Shown here one piece after another: positions 1 through 8,318 of a DNA stretch of 64,000 nucleotides. A program made the position numbers and the translations under genes. Location of the stretch: positions 76,609 to 140,608 of the forward strand of contig OZ244961.1 in the NCBI GenBank assembly GCA_965222715.1, written 5' to 3'. This DNA comes from Minisyncoccota bacterium. GTDB taxonomy: Bacteria; Patescibacteriota; Minisyncoccia; Phycocordibacterales; JABMNX01. How positions within the stretch are numbered: position 1 is the first letter of the stretch; every line of letters starts with the position of its first letter. Below the pieces are notes generated by a model. The model saw nothing but the letters and a program-made list of their open reading frames with translations, had not been told where the DNA came from and did not search any database.

Positions 1-1
1 C

Positions 2-442
2 TACTCTGATAGTGGTATTACCGTGCCTGTGGGAAATATAGATAAAGAAGCTCAAAAACTTCTTCAGGTCACTCGAGAGGCACTATATGTGGGTATTGAA
101 GCCGCTCAAGTAGGAAACACTACTGGAGATATTGGGCACGCGATAGAAGAGTTTGTACGACCACATGGCTACGGCATTGTACGCGAGCTCTGTGGACATG
201 GTCTTGGTAAGAAGGTACACGAAGAGCCATCAATTCCTAACTATGGCAAAAAAGGAGAAGGAGAAGAGCTTGTTGAAGGAATGGTGATCGCAATTGAGCC
301 GATGCTCAACATTGGTTCCCCAGAAGTTATTTTTGAGGATGATGGGTACACGGTGCGTACTGCTGATGGTTTACGAAGTGCTCATTTCGAACACTCGCTA
401 GTCATCACAAAAGACGGCCCTGAGATTTTAACTGAAGTGTAG
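2..442 (+). CDS. map: Methionine aminopeptidase type I, C-terminal portion (5' end lies outside the window)
   Basis: Translation HGYGIVRELCGHGLGKKVHEEPSIPNYG...AHFEHSLVITKDGPEILTEV matches the MetAP-I fold (pita-bread metal-ligand region). The ORF is open to the window edge. Confidence 0.85.
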   Translation, partial: YSDSGITVPVGNIDKEAQKLLQVTREALYVGIEAAQVGNTTGDIGHAIEEFVRPHGYGIVRELCGHGLGKKVHEEPSIPNYGKKGEGEELVEGMVIAIEPMLNIGSPEVIFEDDGYTVRTADGLRSAHFEHSLVITKDGPEILTEV

Positions 443-450
443 ATATGATA

Positions 451-476
451 ACGGCCGCACCCGTAGGTGCGGCCGT
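451..476. terminator. Bidirectional GC-rich hairpin (acggccgcacc-cgta-ggtgcggccgt) between convergent genes
   Basis: Perfect 11-bp stem directly after the map stop and after the stop of the minus-strand small ORF. Confidence 0.5.
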
Positions 477-487
477 TCGGCATCAGG

Positions 488-643
488 TCAGACGCCACGT
501 TCGCGGATGCTTGCAGAACCCGGGTCACCATCGGCGAAGCCGTTGTCTTTCTCGATGAACCCGTTGTCGGTTTCGTCCATCGGAGAGATGTCGCCGCGTT
601 CGGGGGTAATGCCACCCCACGCTTCTCTGGTGATTGTTTTCAT
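488..643 (-). CDS. Small acidic hypothetical protein (~51 aa), GC-rich, not in the ORF track
   Basis: ATG is preceded by GGAGGTGAT (Shine-Dalgarno). Translation MKTITREAWGGITPERGDISPMDETDNGFIEKDNGFADGDPGSASIRERGV. Local GC is well above the flanks, and a terminator hairpin follows. Confidence 0.3.
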   Translation of the reverse strand: MKTITREAWGGITPERGDISPMDETDNGFIEKDNGFADGDPGSASIRERGV

Positions 644-759
644 TTCATCACCTCCTTCCATTTTTTAGAGTAGCATAAAGAGTAATTTTTCACTATTGTA
701 TCTACTTCTATATCACGTATAATAACCGCTACATTTTCATTTTTTAATTTATATTACGT

Positions 760-1374
760 ATGTCAGAACAACCACATTACAGTAAAGAGAGGACACTAAT
801 CATTATCAAGCCAGATGGCGTACAACGCTCACTTATTGGTGATGTTATATCTCGTCTGGAAAGGGTTGGGCTCAAACTTGTTGGGTTGAAGTTTGAAGTA
901 CCGCAAGCAGAGAAAGTAGAGCAGCACTACACACTTGACCCCCACTGGCGGACGGTAACCGGAGAAAAAGCAATTGAATCATACAAAAAGAAAGGTCTTA
1001 CTCCACCATCAGAAGATCCTCTTGAGGTTACTGCAAAGATTTTAGAGAATCTCAAAAAATACATGACCTGTGGTCCAGTCGTTATTATGGTGTGGCAGGG
1101 CGCTCACGCGGTTGAGCTTGTGCGCAAACTTGTTGGAGGAACTGAACCTCTTTCATCAGACGTTGGCACTATTCGAGGAGACTACGTGCTTGACTCATAT
1201 CGTATGGCAGACACTGATGGACGTGCAGTGAGGAACGTTGTGCACGCTTCAGGGTCAGTAGAAGAGGCGCAAAATGAAATCAAACACTGGTTTAATGAAG
1301 ATGAGCTAGTAAACTATCGGTTAATTGCTGAGGAAATCCTCTACGACGTAAATATTGACGGAATTGTTGAGTAA
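760..1374 (+). CDS. ndk: Nucleoside diphosphate kinase with a ~40-aa insertion
   Basis: IIKPDGVQR...GLKLVG, active-site His region (GDYVLDSY...VHASGS) and 'NEIKHWF'. At 204 aa it is longer than the ~140-150 aa typical of NDK. Confidence 0.85.
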   Translation: MSEQPHYSKERTLIIIKPDGVQRSLIGDVISRLERVGLKLVGLKFEVPQAEKVEQHYTLDPHWRTVTGEKAIESYKKKGLTPPSEDPLEVTAKILENLKKYMTCGPVVIMVWQGAHAVELVRKLVGGTEPLSSDVGTIRGDYVLDSYRMADTDGRAVRNVVHASGSVEEAQNEIKHWFNEDELVNYRLIAEEILYDVNIDGIVE

Positions 1375-1395
1375 TACGTATTAAAAAAATGAAAA

Positions 1396-1426
1396 AAACG
1401 CCAAGCATGCCCTTGGCGTTTTTCTT
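1396..1426 (+). terminator. Rho-independent terminator (aacgccaag-catgcc-cttggcgtt + T-run) after ndk
   Basis: 9-bp perfect stem followed by TTTTCTTTT. Member of the recurring AACGCCAAG stem family. Confidence 0.55.
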
Positions 1427-1643
1427 TTCTAAGGCGAATAAAAGCCACGTAAACACCAAAGGTACCTTTGGCGTTTCTTTCGTTAGTACACGCGTGTTAT
1501 ACTTACTGTAGGGAATGAAAGTATTGTCCACTTAAACTTGCTTAGGGAGTCTGAAATCGCATTAAGAATGTGTCCGTGGACGCATCGCTGAAGGCACCCA
1601 CGTGGAACTTCGTTCTTGGGCAAGTACTTTCACTCCCCATAAT

Positions 1644-1671
1644 AAAAACCGCACAAACTGTGCGGTTTTTA
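1644..1671 (+). terminator. Terminator-like hairpin aaaaaccgcaca-aac-tgtgcggttttt
   Basis: 8-bp stem flanked by A-run and T-run (could act in either direction). Confidence 0.45.
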
Positions 1672-1717
1672 TTATGGTGCATAAATACTCTAGGTTATTA
1701 CTGGTATACTAGTTGCT

Positions 1718-2134
1718 ATGCATAAGCATCCACTTTTTATCACTTGGTCCTTGCTACTTCTTGGTATTGCAATACTTCATATCGTAGCAATAGAATTGTA
1801 CCTCTACTGGTTGTATGGTTGGTTTGATATATTCATGCACTTCCTAGGAGGATTATTTGTTGGTCTCTCTGTTCTTTGGTTGTTTTTTGAATCTGGATAT
1901 ATCACACTTTCAAAACACATACGCACTATTACCTTAGTTACCCTTATCTCATTTGCACTCATTGGTATTTCCTGGGAGATATTCCAATATTCAGTAGGGC
2001 TCTTTATTGGAAAGGAAAATGCTGTCGTTGATACCTCAGTAGATTTACTCGTTGGTCTCATCGGCGCGTTGATTGCTCGGTGGCTCTATATAAACCTCTT
2101 TATAAATAACACACATGAACTATATGAAAAATAA
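1718..2134 (+). CDS. Small 4-TM membrane protein (weak VanZ-like resemblance)
   Basis: Four hydrophobic segments; the E..Q...G...D...D...G pattern near the C-terminus is reminiscent of VanZ-like proteins. Weak assignment. Confidence 0.4.
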   Translation: MHKHPLFITWSLLLLGIAILHIVAIELYLYWLYGWFDIFMHFLGGLFVGLSVLWLFFESGYITLSKHIRTITLVTLISFALIGISWEIFQYSVGLFIGKENAVVDTSVDLLVGLIGALIARWLYINLFINNTHELYEK

Positions 2135-3491
2135 TGCATCAATTACTTTTTATGGAGGAGCGGGAACAGTAACTGGTTCAAATTTTCTTCTTACCCTAGG
2201 TGATAAAAATATTCTTATTGACTGTGGCCTGACCCAAGGAGAAGAGTACTGTGATGATTGCAACTATGATGCGTTTGACTATGATCCCAGTAGCATTGAT
2301 GTGCTTGTGGCTACACACGCACACGCTGATCATATTGGTCGTATTCCAAAACTCGTGCGTGATGGATTCCAGGGAACGATTTACTCAACCAAAGCAACAT
2401 ATGATCTTTCCGAGGTAATGTTTGCTGATTCAGTAAACATCCTCATGCGTGAAGCGAAGGAGAAAAATCGAGAACCTTTGTATGAGAAAACGGATGTCGA
2501 AAAAGCTTTTTCTCTCTGGAAGATACTCGAGTACCATACACTCCAGCAACTTCCCAGGGACATCACTGTATCGTTTAAGGATGCTGGGCATATCCTTGGC
2601 TCAGCAATTGCTGAGTTTAGCTACCAAGGAAAGAAGATTGTCTTTACAGGAGACCTAGGTAACTCACCATCACCATTACTGCGTGATACTGAAGAAATAC
2701 AGAATGCAGACTATATGGTTATGGAAAGTGTGTATGGAAATAAAAACCATGAAGCAGAGGAGGACCGCAGTAGACTTCTCAAACAGGCACTGATCGACAC
2801 TCACGGTCGGGGAGGGGTCCTCATGATCCCTTCGTTTTCTATTGAACGCACCCAAGTACTTCTCTATCTTATTAATAATCTCATTGAAGATAATGAGGTG
2901 CCCAACATACCGGTATTCCTTGATTCTCCACTTGCGATCAAGGTTACTGATATTTATAAAAAGTACACACACCTCTTTAATGATGCAGTACAAGAAGAAA
3001 TTAGAGGAGGTGATGATATTTTTGATTTCCCTCAGTTCACTGAAACTGAACGAGTGACTGATTCAAAAGCAATTCTTGGTGAGCGAGATCCCAAGGTTAT
3101 TATTGCGGGCTCAGGTATGTCGACTGGCGGACGCATCTTGCATCACGAAAAACATTATCTAGGAGATAAAAATAATATATTACTTTTGGTTGGGTATCAG
3201 GCAGTTGGAACATTGGGTCGTAAGATAGAAGATGGCGCAAAAGAAGTTGAAATATTTGATGAAAGAGTTCCTGTTCGTGCGGAAGTGCGTAAAATTGAAG
3301 GGTTTTCAGCACACAAGGATTCAGAACATCTTGTTGATTTTGTCGCGAGTACTTCAGAGTCACTCAAAGAAGTATTTGTTGCAATGGGTGAACCAAAAGC
3401 CTCACTCTTTTTAGTGCAGCGATTGCGCGATTATCTGGGAGTAAAAGCACGTGCGCCACAACAAGGGGATACAGTAATGTTAGATATCTAG
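2115..3491 (+). CDS. Metallo-beta-lactamase fold / beta-CASP family ribonuclease (CPSF/RNase J-like)
   Basis: HAHADHIG metal-binding motif (VLVATHAHADHIGRIPKL), beta-CASP-like central region, ~458 aa. Confidence 0.7.
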   Translation: MNYMKNNASITFYGGAGTVTGSNFLLTLGDKNILIDCGLTQGEEYCDDCNYDAFDYDPSSIDVLVATHAHADHIGRIPKLVRDGFQGTIYSTKATYDLSEVMFADSVNILMREAKEKNREPLYEKTDVEKAFSLWKILEYHTLQQLPRDITVSFKDAGHILGSAIAEFSYQGKKIVFTGDLGNSPSPLLRDTEEIQNADYMVMESVYGNKNHEAEEDRSRLLKQALIDTHGRGGVLMIPSFSIERTQVLLYLINNLIEDNEVPNIPVFLDSPLAIKVTDIYKKYTHLFNDAVQEEIRGGDDIFDFPQFTETERVTDSKAILGERDPKVIIAGSGMSTGGRILHHEKHYLGDKNNILLLVGYQAVGTLGRKIEDGAKEVEIFDERVPVRAEVRKIEGFSAHKDSEHLVDFVASTSESLKEVFVAMGEPKASLFLVQRLRDYLGVKARAPQQGDTVMLDI

Positions 3492-3510
3492 GGTACACTT
3501 ACTACAAAAG

Positions 3511-3541
3511 ACACAACCGCCTGTGTGAGGCGGTTGTGTCT
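3511..3541. terminator. Bidirectional hairpin gacacaaccgcc-tgtgtga-ggcggttgtgtc between convergent genes
   Basis: 12-bp stem, flanked by T-runs on both strands. Confidence 0.5.
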
Positions 3542-3558
3542 TTTGTATTGAATCTAGA

Positions 3559-3906
3559 TTATTTCACGTGCTCAACAATTCGTGCGAATGATTCAGGTCG
3601 ATCTTTTGCAATCTGCGAGAGGACCTTTCGGTCAAGCCCAATTTCTTTTTTCTTCAGCGCATCAATAAAGGTACTGTATGACTTGAAGTTGAGCGCACGA
3701 ACAGCTGCGTTAATGCGGACTGTCCAGAGTCGACGAAAGTCTCCTTTCTTATCTCGTCGGTGATCAAATGCATAGTTTCCAGCATGCGCAATTGCTTCAT
3801 ACGCCATTCGTTTTTTGGTTGATCGTCCAAATCGGTATCCCTTAGTTTGCTCTAGGGTATTACGTCGACTTTTTGCTTTGGTTGTTCCTCGTTTTACTCG
3901 TGCCAT
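3559..3906 (-). CDS. rplT: 50S ribosomal protein L20
   Basis: MARVKRGTTKAKSRRNTLEQTKGYRFGRSTKKRMAYEAIAHAGNYAFDHRRDKKGDFRRLW is the canonical L20 sequence. Confidence 0.95.
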   Translation of the reverse strand: MARVKRGTTKAKSRRNTLEQTKGYRFGRSTKKRMAYEAIAHAGNYAFDHRRDKKGDFRRLWTVRINAAVRALNFKSYSTFIDALKKKEIGLDRKVLSQIAKDRPESFARIVEHVK

Positions 3907-3915
3907 ACTGTTTCA

Positions 3916-4101
3916 TTAGTTATGTGGAAGAAAGCGATTTTTCGCTTTAGGAGTAAGCTTTACTTCATTTAAATTCTTTTTTTCAAGACGCTCTTGTGAA
4001 GAAGCTTTTGCATTAAAATGGTTCTGCCCTGGCTTACGCGCAAGCACTTTGCCAGTCTTTGTAACTTTAAACCTTTTTGTATACGATTTATTGGTTTTCA
4101 T
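3916..4101 (-). CDS. rpmI: 50S ribosomal protein L35
   Basis: MKTNKSYTKRFKVTKTGKVLARKPGQNHFNAKASSQER; it sits between infC and rplT. Confidence 0.9.
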   Translation of the reverse strand: MKTNKSYTKRFKVTKTGKVLARKPGQNHFNAKASSQERLEKKNLNEVKLTPKAKNRFLPHN

Positions 4102-4139
4102 GTTTTTGATTTACCTGCCCCGTAGGAAGTTTTGCTTTC

Positions 4140-4718
4140 CTACTGGGGTTTGTTTTCATCTTTCTGTACTTCTTTTGTATCTTTTTCTTTGGTGTTTTTA
4201 CCACCTTTTCCGTCTCTTTCAATAATAACGGTAAGACCCTTGGGACTTTTCTTTATCTCATCAGCTACTTTATACTCCTCGCTGATGAGGTGTAAGAATC
4301 GCTCAAGACGCTCTTTAAGGAAGTTAAATTCCATGTACTTGTAGCGTCCCCATAAGAAGAGGTCAATCTTTACTCGATGGCCCTCTTTAAGCCATTCAGA
4401 AGCTCTGCGAGACTTAAGATTGAGATCATGTTCACCAGTACCAATTTTTACCTGGACTGACTTCGTCTCAGTAACGTGTGATTTTGCCTTTGCCTCCCGC
4501 TGCTTCTTCTTCTGTTCGTACTGGAATTTACCATAGTCCATTATTTTTGCAACGGGAGGTGTTGCATTTGGTGATATCTCAATGAGATCAAGCTGTGCTT
4601 CTTCAGCGTGTGAAAGAGCTTTTTGTAGCGGCAAAACACCTAAATTGGCGCCATCGGCGCCGATCACTCTGAGCTCTTTGGCTCGGATGTTTTGATTAAT
4701 ACGTGTAAATGTATTCAA
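4140..4718 (-). CDS. infC: Translation initiation factor IF-3 (with a lysine-rich C-terminal tail)
   Basis: IRAKELRVIGADGANLGVLPLQKALSHAEEAQLDLIEISPNATPPVAKIMDYGKFQYEQ...; conserved infC-rpmI-rplT operon order. Confidence 0.9.
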   Translation of the reverse strand: MNTFTRINQNIRAKELRVIGADGANLGVLPLQKALSHAEEAQLDLIEISPNATPPVAKIMDYGKFQYEQKKKQREAKAKSHVTETKSVQVKIGTGEHDLNLKSRRASEWLKEGHRVKIDLFLWGRYKYMEFNFLKERLERFLHLISEEYKVADEIKKSPKGLTVIIERDGKGGKNTKEKDTKEVQKDENKPQ

Positions 4719-4754
4719 AGCCTAAATTCCGTTACGAGGGAGAGTATACCACAA

Positions 4755-5843
4755 CTACCCCTCTCGCTCAAGCTCTGTATGGTAGTCTACTTCAAATATC
4801 TTCCACATTGAAAGGAAGAAACCAGCAATCACTGGACCAATAATAAAGCCAGTAATACCAAAGAGTGACAGCCCACCAATAGTCGAGAGAAGGACAATCG
4901 CGTCAGGCATTTTGGTGTCACGACCCACAAGAATTGGTCGAAGTATATTATCAATAAGGCTAATGAGTATTGAGCCCCCAGCAAGTATCAGTACTCCTTC
5001 CCAGATTGCGCCGGAGAGTAAGAGAATCACTCCAGCAGGAAGCCACACGATCCCAGGGCCAATAGCTGGAATAATTGAGAGGAGCACCATGACGACACCC
5101 CACAAAAGTGCCGCCTCAATACCAACAATAAAGAAGAGTATACCCCCAATGGTTCCTTGAATGAGTGCAATCACTAAGGTTCCTTTAAAAATTGAGCGCG
5201 TAATTTTAGAAAAGTTACTAAAAAGGGCTTCCTCTCGTTCATCGCCAAGTGGGAGTACATGTTCAATAGTGCGTGCAATTCGTGGACCATCGCGAAGCAT
5301 GAAGAAGAGGAGGTAGAGCATGAGGAGGAAGCTAATCACTACACCAAATGTTGCTTGTCCTACGAGTACAGCTTGACGTGCAAACCAGTTGCTTACGGTC
5401 TGAGCAATTGACGCAAGTTTTTCTTTTACTTCAGCTTCTTCAATACCGTACGCTTCAAGACGCGCAAGCTGCTCAGCACCTTGATTAATTAAACTTGCTC
5501 GAGAATTCTCAAAACTCCCATCAGCAAATCGATTATAGGTGCTCAAAGACTCTTCAACAACGAGCCCGCCAACAAACCACAAGGGTACAAAAATAACTAC
5601 AATGATAGTAAGAATGGTAAGCAGAGAAGCTACTGATCTATTTTTTATCCATGAAACCCATTTCTGCTGCACTGGGTGAAAGACAATAGCAAGCACAATT
5701 GCCCAAAAAATTGGCATCAAAAAATCATTAATCAACCAGATAAAAATACCGGTACTAAAAATAAGGAGACCGAAAAAGAGGCTGTTCTGGACGGTAAAAA
5801 AGTCAGTCAGTCGTTGATATTTCATTACTGGGCATTGTAGCAC
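4755..5843 (-). CDS. AI-2E family transporter (PerM/YhhT-like permease)
   Basis: Multi-TM protein with typical AI-2E motifs (PIFWAIVLAIVFHP, LLSIIPAIGPGIVWLPAGV). Confidence 0.7.
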   Translation of the reverse strand: MLQCPVMKYQRLTDFFTVQNSLFFGLLIFSTGIFIWLINDFLMPIFWAIVLAIVFHPVQQKWVSWIKNRSVASLLTILTIIVVIFVPLWFVGGLVVEESLSTYNRFADGSFENSRASLINQGAEQLARLEAYGIEEAEVKEKLASIAQTVSNWFARQAVLVGQATFGVVISFLLMLYLLFFMLRDGPRIARTIEHVLPLGDEREEALFSNFSKITRSIFKGTLVIALIQGTIGGILFFIVGIEAALLWGVVMVLLSIIPAIGPGIVWLPAGVILLLSGAIWEGVLILAGGSILISLIDNILRPILVGRDTKMPDAIVLLSTIGGLSLFGITGFIIGPVIAGFFLSMWKIFEVDYHTELEREG

Positions 5844-5934
5844 GCCGCTTACAGAAGTGAAGGTGCCTAAGAGTAATCACAGAAGTAATTACAGAAGCAA
5901 AACGGACGTCCATGAGAGGACGTCCGTGAGAGGT

Positions 5935-6450
5935 TTAGGCTTCGCCTTCAACCTGAAGTAGGGCGATATCAAGTGCGGCTTCAGGTATGGGAGACCCGGC
6001 GAGAATTGGTTGAAAGACGGGGTAGAAATCAGAGTATTCTCTCACCATAAGCTCAAGAGTTTGCTCAATGATCTCATACATCGTCTCGTCAGGTATGTTT
6101 TCTGAAGGAACCGAGTATCGAAAAAAAATACCAAGGTCCATTTCATCGATCGAGAAGAATCCGAGTGATGTTCGTTCGTTTACAAGAGCAAGCCCTTTAT
6201 AGACTGCATCGAGTATCTCTGGTTTCGCAATCAGATCATCATCTCGGAGTACAAAACAGACTCGTGCACCTGCGCTACTCCAGAAGGCTTCCAGCATCAT
6301 GTTTTCTGGTATAGCAACAGTGATACCGTCGCAATATTCACTCCGACTTTCATCGTATTGCCAGTCGTTCCTCTCCGCAATTTCTTTGATGTGTTGGAGT
6401 GGGCTGGACTGACTTTCCAAATGATCAGAAACTTCAGTAGGTCTCGTCAT
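5935..6450 (-). CDS. Hypothetical cytoplasmic protein, possibly YbjN-like
   Basis: 171-aa acidic protein in a GC-rich segment; weak resemblance to the YbjN sensory-regulator fold. No catalytic motif recognised. Confidence 0.35.
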   Translation of the reverse strand: MTRPTEVSDHLESQSSPLQHIKEIAERNDWQYDESRSEYCDGITVAIPENMMLEAFWSSAGARVCFVLRDDDLIAKPEILDAVYKGLALVNERTSLGFFSIDEMDLGIFFRYSVPSENIPDETMYEIIEQTLELMVREYSDFYPVFQPILAGSPIPEAALDIALLQVEGEA

Positions 6451-6577
6451 TACTTTGACCTCCTTAATCTACATCTATCTACTACAGTAATATGCTCCCT
6501 GTTTTTGTAAAGTATATATTAAGAATGATATGGAAAACGAAAAGGCCAACGACGTGTGTCGTTGACCTTGGTATTCA

Positions 6578-6778
6578 TCAGCTTCGTTGGAGAAGCTCAC
6601 GGATGCCGAAATCGAATTCGTAGACGATGTTCGGGTCGATGCCGGCGAGATGCATGATCCCAGGGCTCAGCAAAAGTGCGGTGACGAAAATTCCGATGAG
6701 GCATTCGCCCCAAAAGTCCAAGCGTTCCCGCTTCATTTTTTGTTGCCAGGAACTGAGATTTGATTTCTGTGTATACAT
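6578..6778 (-). CDS. Small membrane protein (~66 aa)
   Basis: The internal ATG at 6778 is preceded by GGAGGT. Translation MYTQKSNLSSWQQKMKRERLDFWGECLIGIFVTALLLSPGIMHLAG... has one TM helix. The ORF track's longer 106-aa version lacks an RBS. Confidence 0.3.
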   Translation of the reverse strand: MYTQKSNLSSWQQKMKRERLDFWGECLIGIFVTALLLSPGIMHLAGIDPNIVYEFDFGIRELLQRS

Positions 6779-6860
6779 GATAAGGTACCTCCTACTATTA
6801 ATAATATCATAAATAAATATATTTGTCAATAATGCGTAGAAATATAAAAAGAAGAAGCCC

Positions 6861-7178
6861 CTAAGGAGCTCCTTCGGGACTTGTTTGATTCTTTCCACCT
6901 GGCCAGCGTCTGTAGTAATAGATAAGAGCCAAGATGACGGTGTGGCAGGCGATACTGGTGAAGTAAATGATCGAGAGTTTCCAGTCGATCTCTTCTTGAA
7001 TGAGGATGTGAATCAGAACGATGACCTGCATCGCAAATGAACCCCATATCAAGAGGAGTGAAATTGAATCGGCTGTTTTTACCCGAATCAAGAGTTTGAT
7101 TTGGGGCAAAAATATCGTCCATCCAACTACTCCAATACCAGCAACAAGCCATGCGATTACTTCACGGAAGATTTCCAT
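6861..7178 (-). CDS. PQ-loop / SemiSWEET-like 3-TM membrane protein
   Basis: ~100 aa with three TM helices and the conserved P-Q dipeptide in TM1 (TIFLPQIKLLIRVKTADSIS). GGAGG RBS upstream. Confidence 0.5.
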   Translation of the reverse strand: MEIFREVIAWLVAGIGVVGWTIFLPQIKLLIRVKTADSISLLLIWGSFAMQVIVLIHILIQEEIDWKLSIIYFTSIACHTVILALIYYYRRWPGGKNQTSPEGAP

Positions 7179-7239
7179 GACTATCCTCCAGTCGGTTACT
7201 AAGTAAAATTATACTTCAATTAATAGTTTTGTCAATATA

Positions 7240-7412
7240 TTGGACACACCAAAAAACCACTTGGTACAAAGGTACAAAGTGGTCTGTTTTGGTTCAAATT
7301 GGTATAGATGTGGAAATTGTCGGGACGAGTGGAAAACCTTAATTACCAATTTGGTATATACCAGTACAGAGTGGTATATAGTGGCTTAAAACAAGGACCT
7401 TGAACCTTTTTC
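7240..7412. promoter_or_regulatory. Cluster of direct and inverted repeats upstream of the methyltransferase gene
   Basis: Near-palindrome ccacttggtacaaaggtacaaagtggt. Three copies of the tggtata(g/t)a...gtgg core: tggtatagatgtgg, tggtatataccagtacagagtgg, tggtatatagtgg. Confidence 0.3.
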
Positions 7413-8318
7413 TTGTATATGATAATATTTTTAAGTATGAAGAAAGTACCGATATATAAGAAATACAAAAAAGGAACTCATAACTATATATTAAACACTG
7501 ACACGAATGACGCCCTTCGCTCATTTGAAGATGATTCCCTTGATTTGATAGTTACAAGCCCTTCTTATTATTTAGGAAAAGATTATGAAAAAGATGAATC
7601 TTTTCAGGACTACTTAAACTATCATAAAGAGACTATCGATCTACTATACAAGAAGTTGAAAAAAAACGGATCTATTTATTGGAATGTTGCACAAACTCCA
7701 ATTAATGATGAAATAGTTCCACTAGGTGCAATTTTCTATCAGTCGTTTAAAGACGCTGGGTTTTATATGAAGAATTGGATTATTTGGCACTTTGAGGGAG
7801 GTGTAAATACGAAAGCCCGTTTCTCTGGTCGCTATGAAAATATACTTTGGTTTGTTAAAAATCCTCAAGATTACACATTTAATCTAGATGATGTTAGAGT
7901 CCCTGCAAAATGGCAAAGTGATAAAAGAGTAAATCCTAAAGGTAAGAATCCTACAGATGTCTGGGAGTTTTCTTTAGGTGATTTAAAGTCCGAAGAAGTT
8001 GATTTCTTTGTTAATGCTGTTATTTCAGACAAACGTAGGGATAAATCTGACGAAACAGATAATTTTCTATATTTAGATAGAGTAGTAAATGTAAGCAAAG
8101 AAAAGACTACTCATCCTTGCCAGTTTCCTGAGAAGTTAATAGAACGAATTATAAAAGTGTCTTCTAATAAAGGTGATGTTGTTGCAGATATCTTTCTCGG
8201 AAGTGGAACAACGGCAAAAGTCGCTTCTGATTTAAATCGAAAATTCATTGGTATAGAAAGAGATAGAGATTATTGCAATATCGCCAAGAAGAGAATTGAA
8301 AAACATGCAAAAAAGTAA
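7413..8318 (+). CDS. DNA methyltransferase, beta-class N4-cytosine/N6-adenine type (PF01555-like)
   Basis: Motif IV SPSYY (DLIVTSPSYY) lies N-terminal to motif I FLGSGTT. Conserved NPTDVW and HPCQFPEKLIERII segments. The start may be the ATG at 7437. Confidence 0.8.
   Translation: MYMIIFLSMKKVPIYKKYKKGTHNYILNTDTNDALRSFEDDSLDLIVTSPSYYLGKDYEKDESFQDYLNYHKETIDLLYKKLKKNGSIYWNVAQTPINDEIVPLGAIFYQSFKDAGFYMKNWIIWHFEGGVNTKARFSGRYENILWFVKNPQDYTFNLDDVRVPAKWQSDKRVNPKGKNPTDVWEFSLGDLKSEEVDFFVNAVISDKRRDKSDETDNFLYLDRVVNVSKEKTTHPCQFPEKLIERIIKVSSNKGDVVADIFLGSGTTAKVASDLNRKFIGIERDRDYCNIAKKRIEKHAKK

Noticed and set aside
1292-1531. 79-aa minus-strand ORF overlapping the ndk 3' end and its terminators
   Set aside because: It runs through two terminator hairpins and overlaps ndk. 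No RBS.
5844-5935. Tandem ggacgtccatgagagg / acgtccgtgagagg repeat as a candidate distal att site of the ssrA island
   Set aside because: It shares only a GGACG pentamer with the tmRNA 3' end, which is not significant. It is more likely a promoter or terminator element of the flanking genes.
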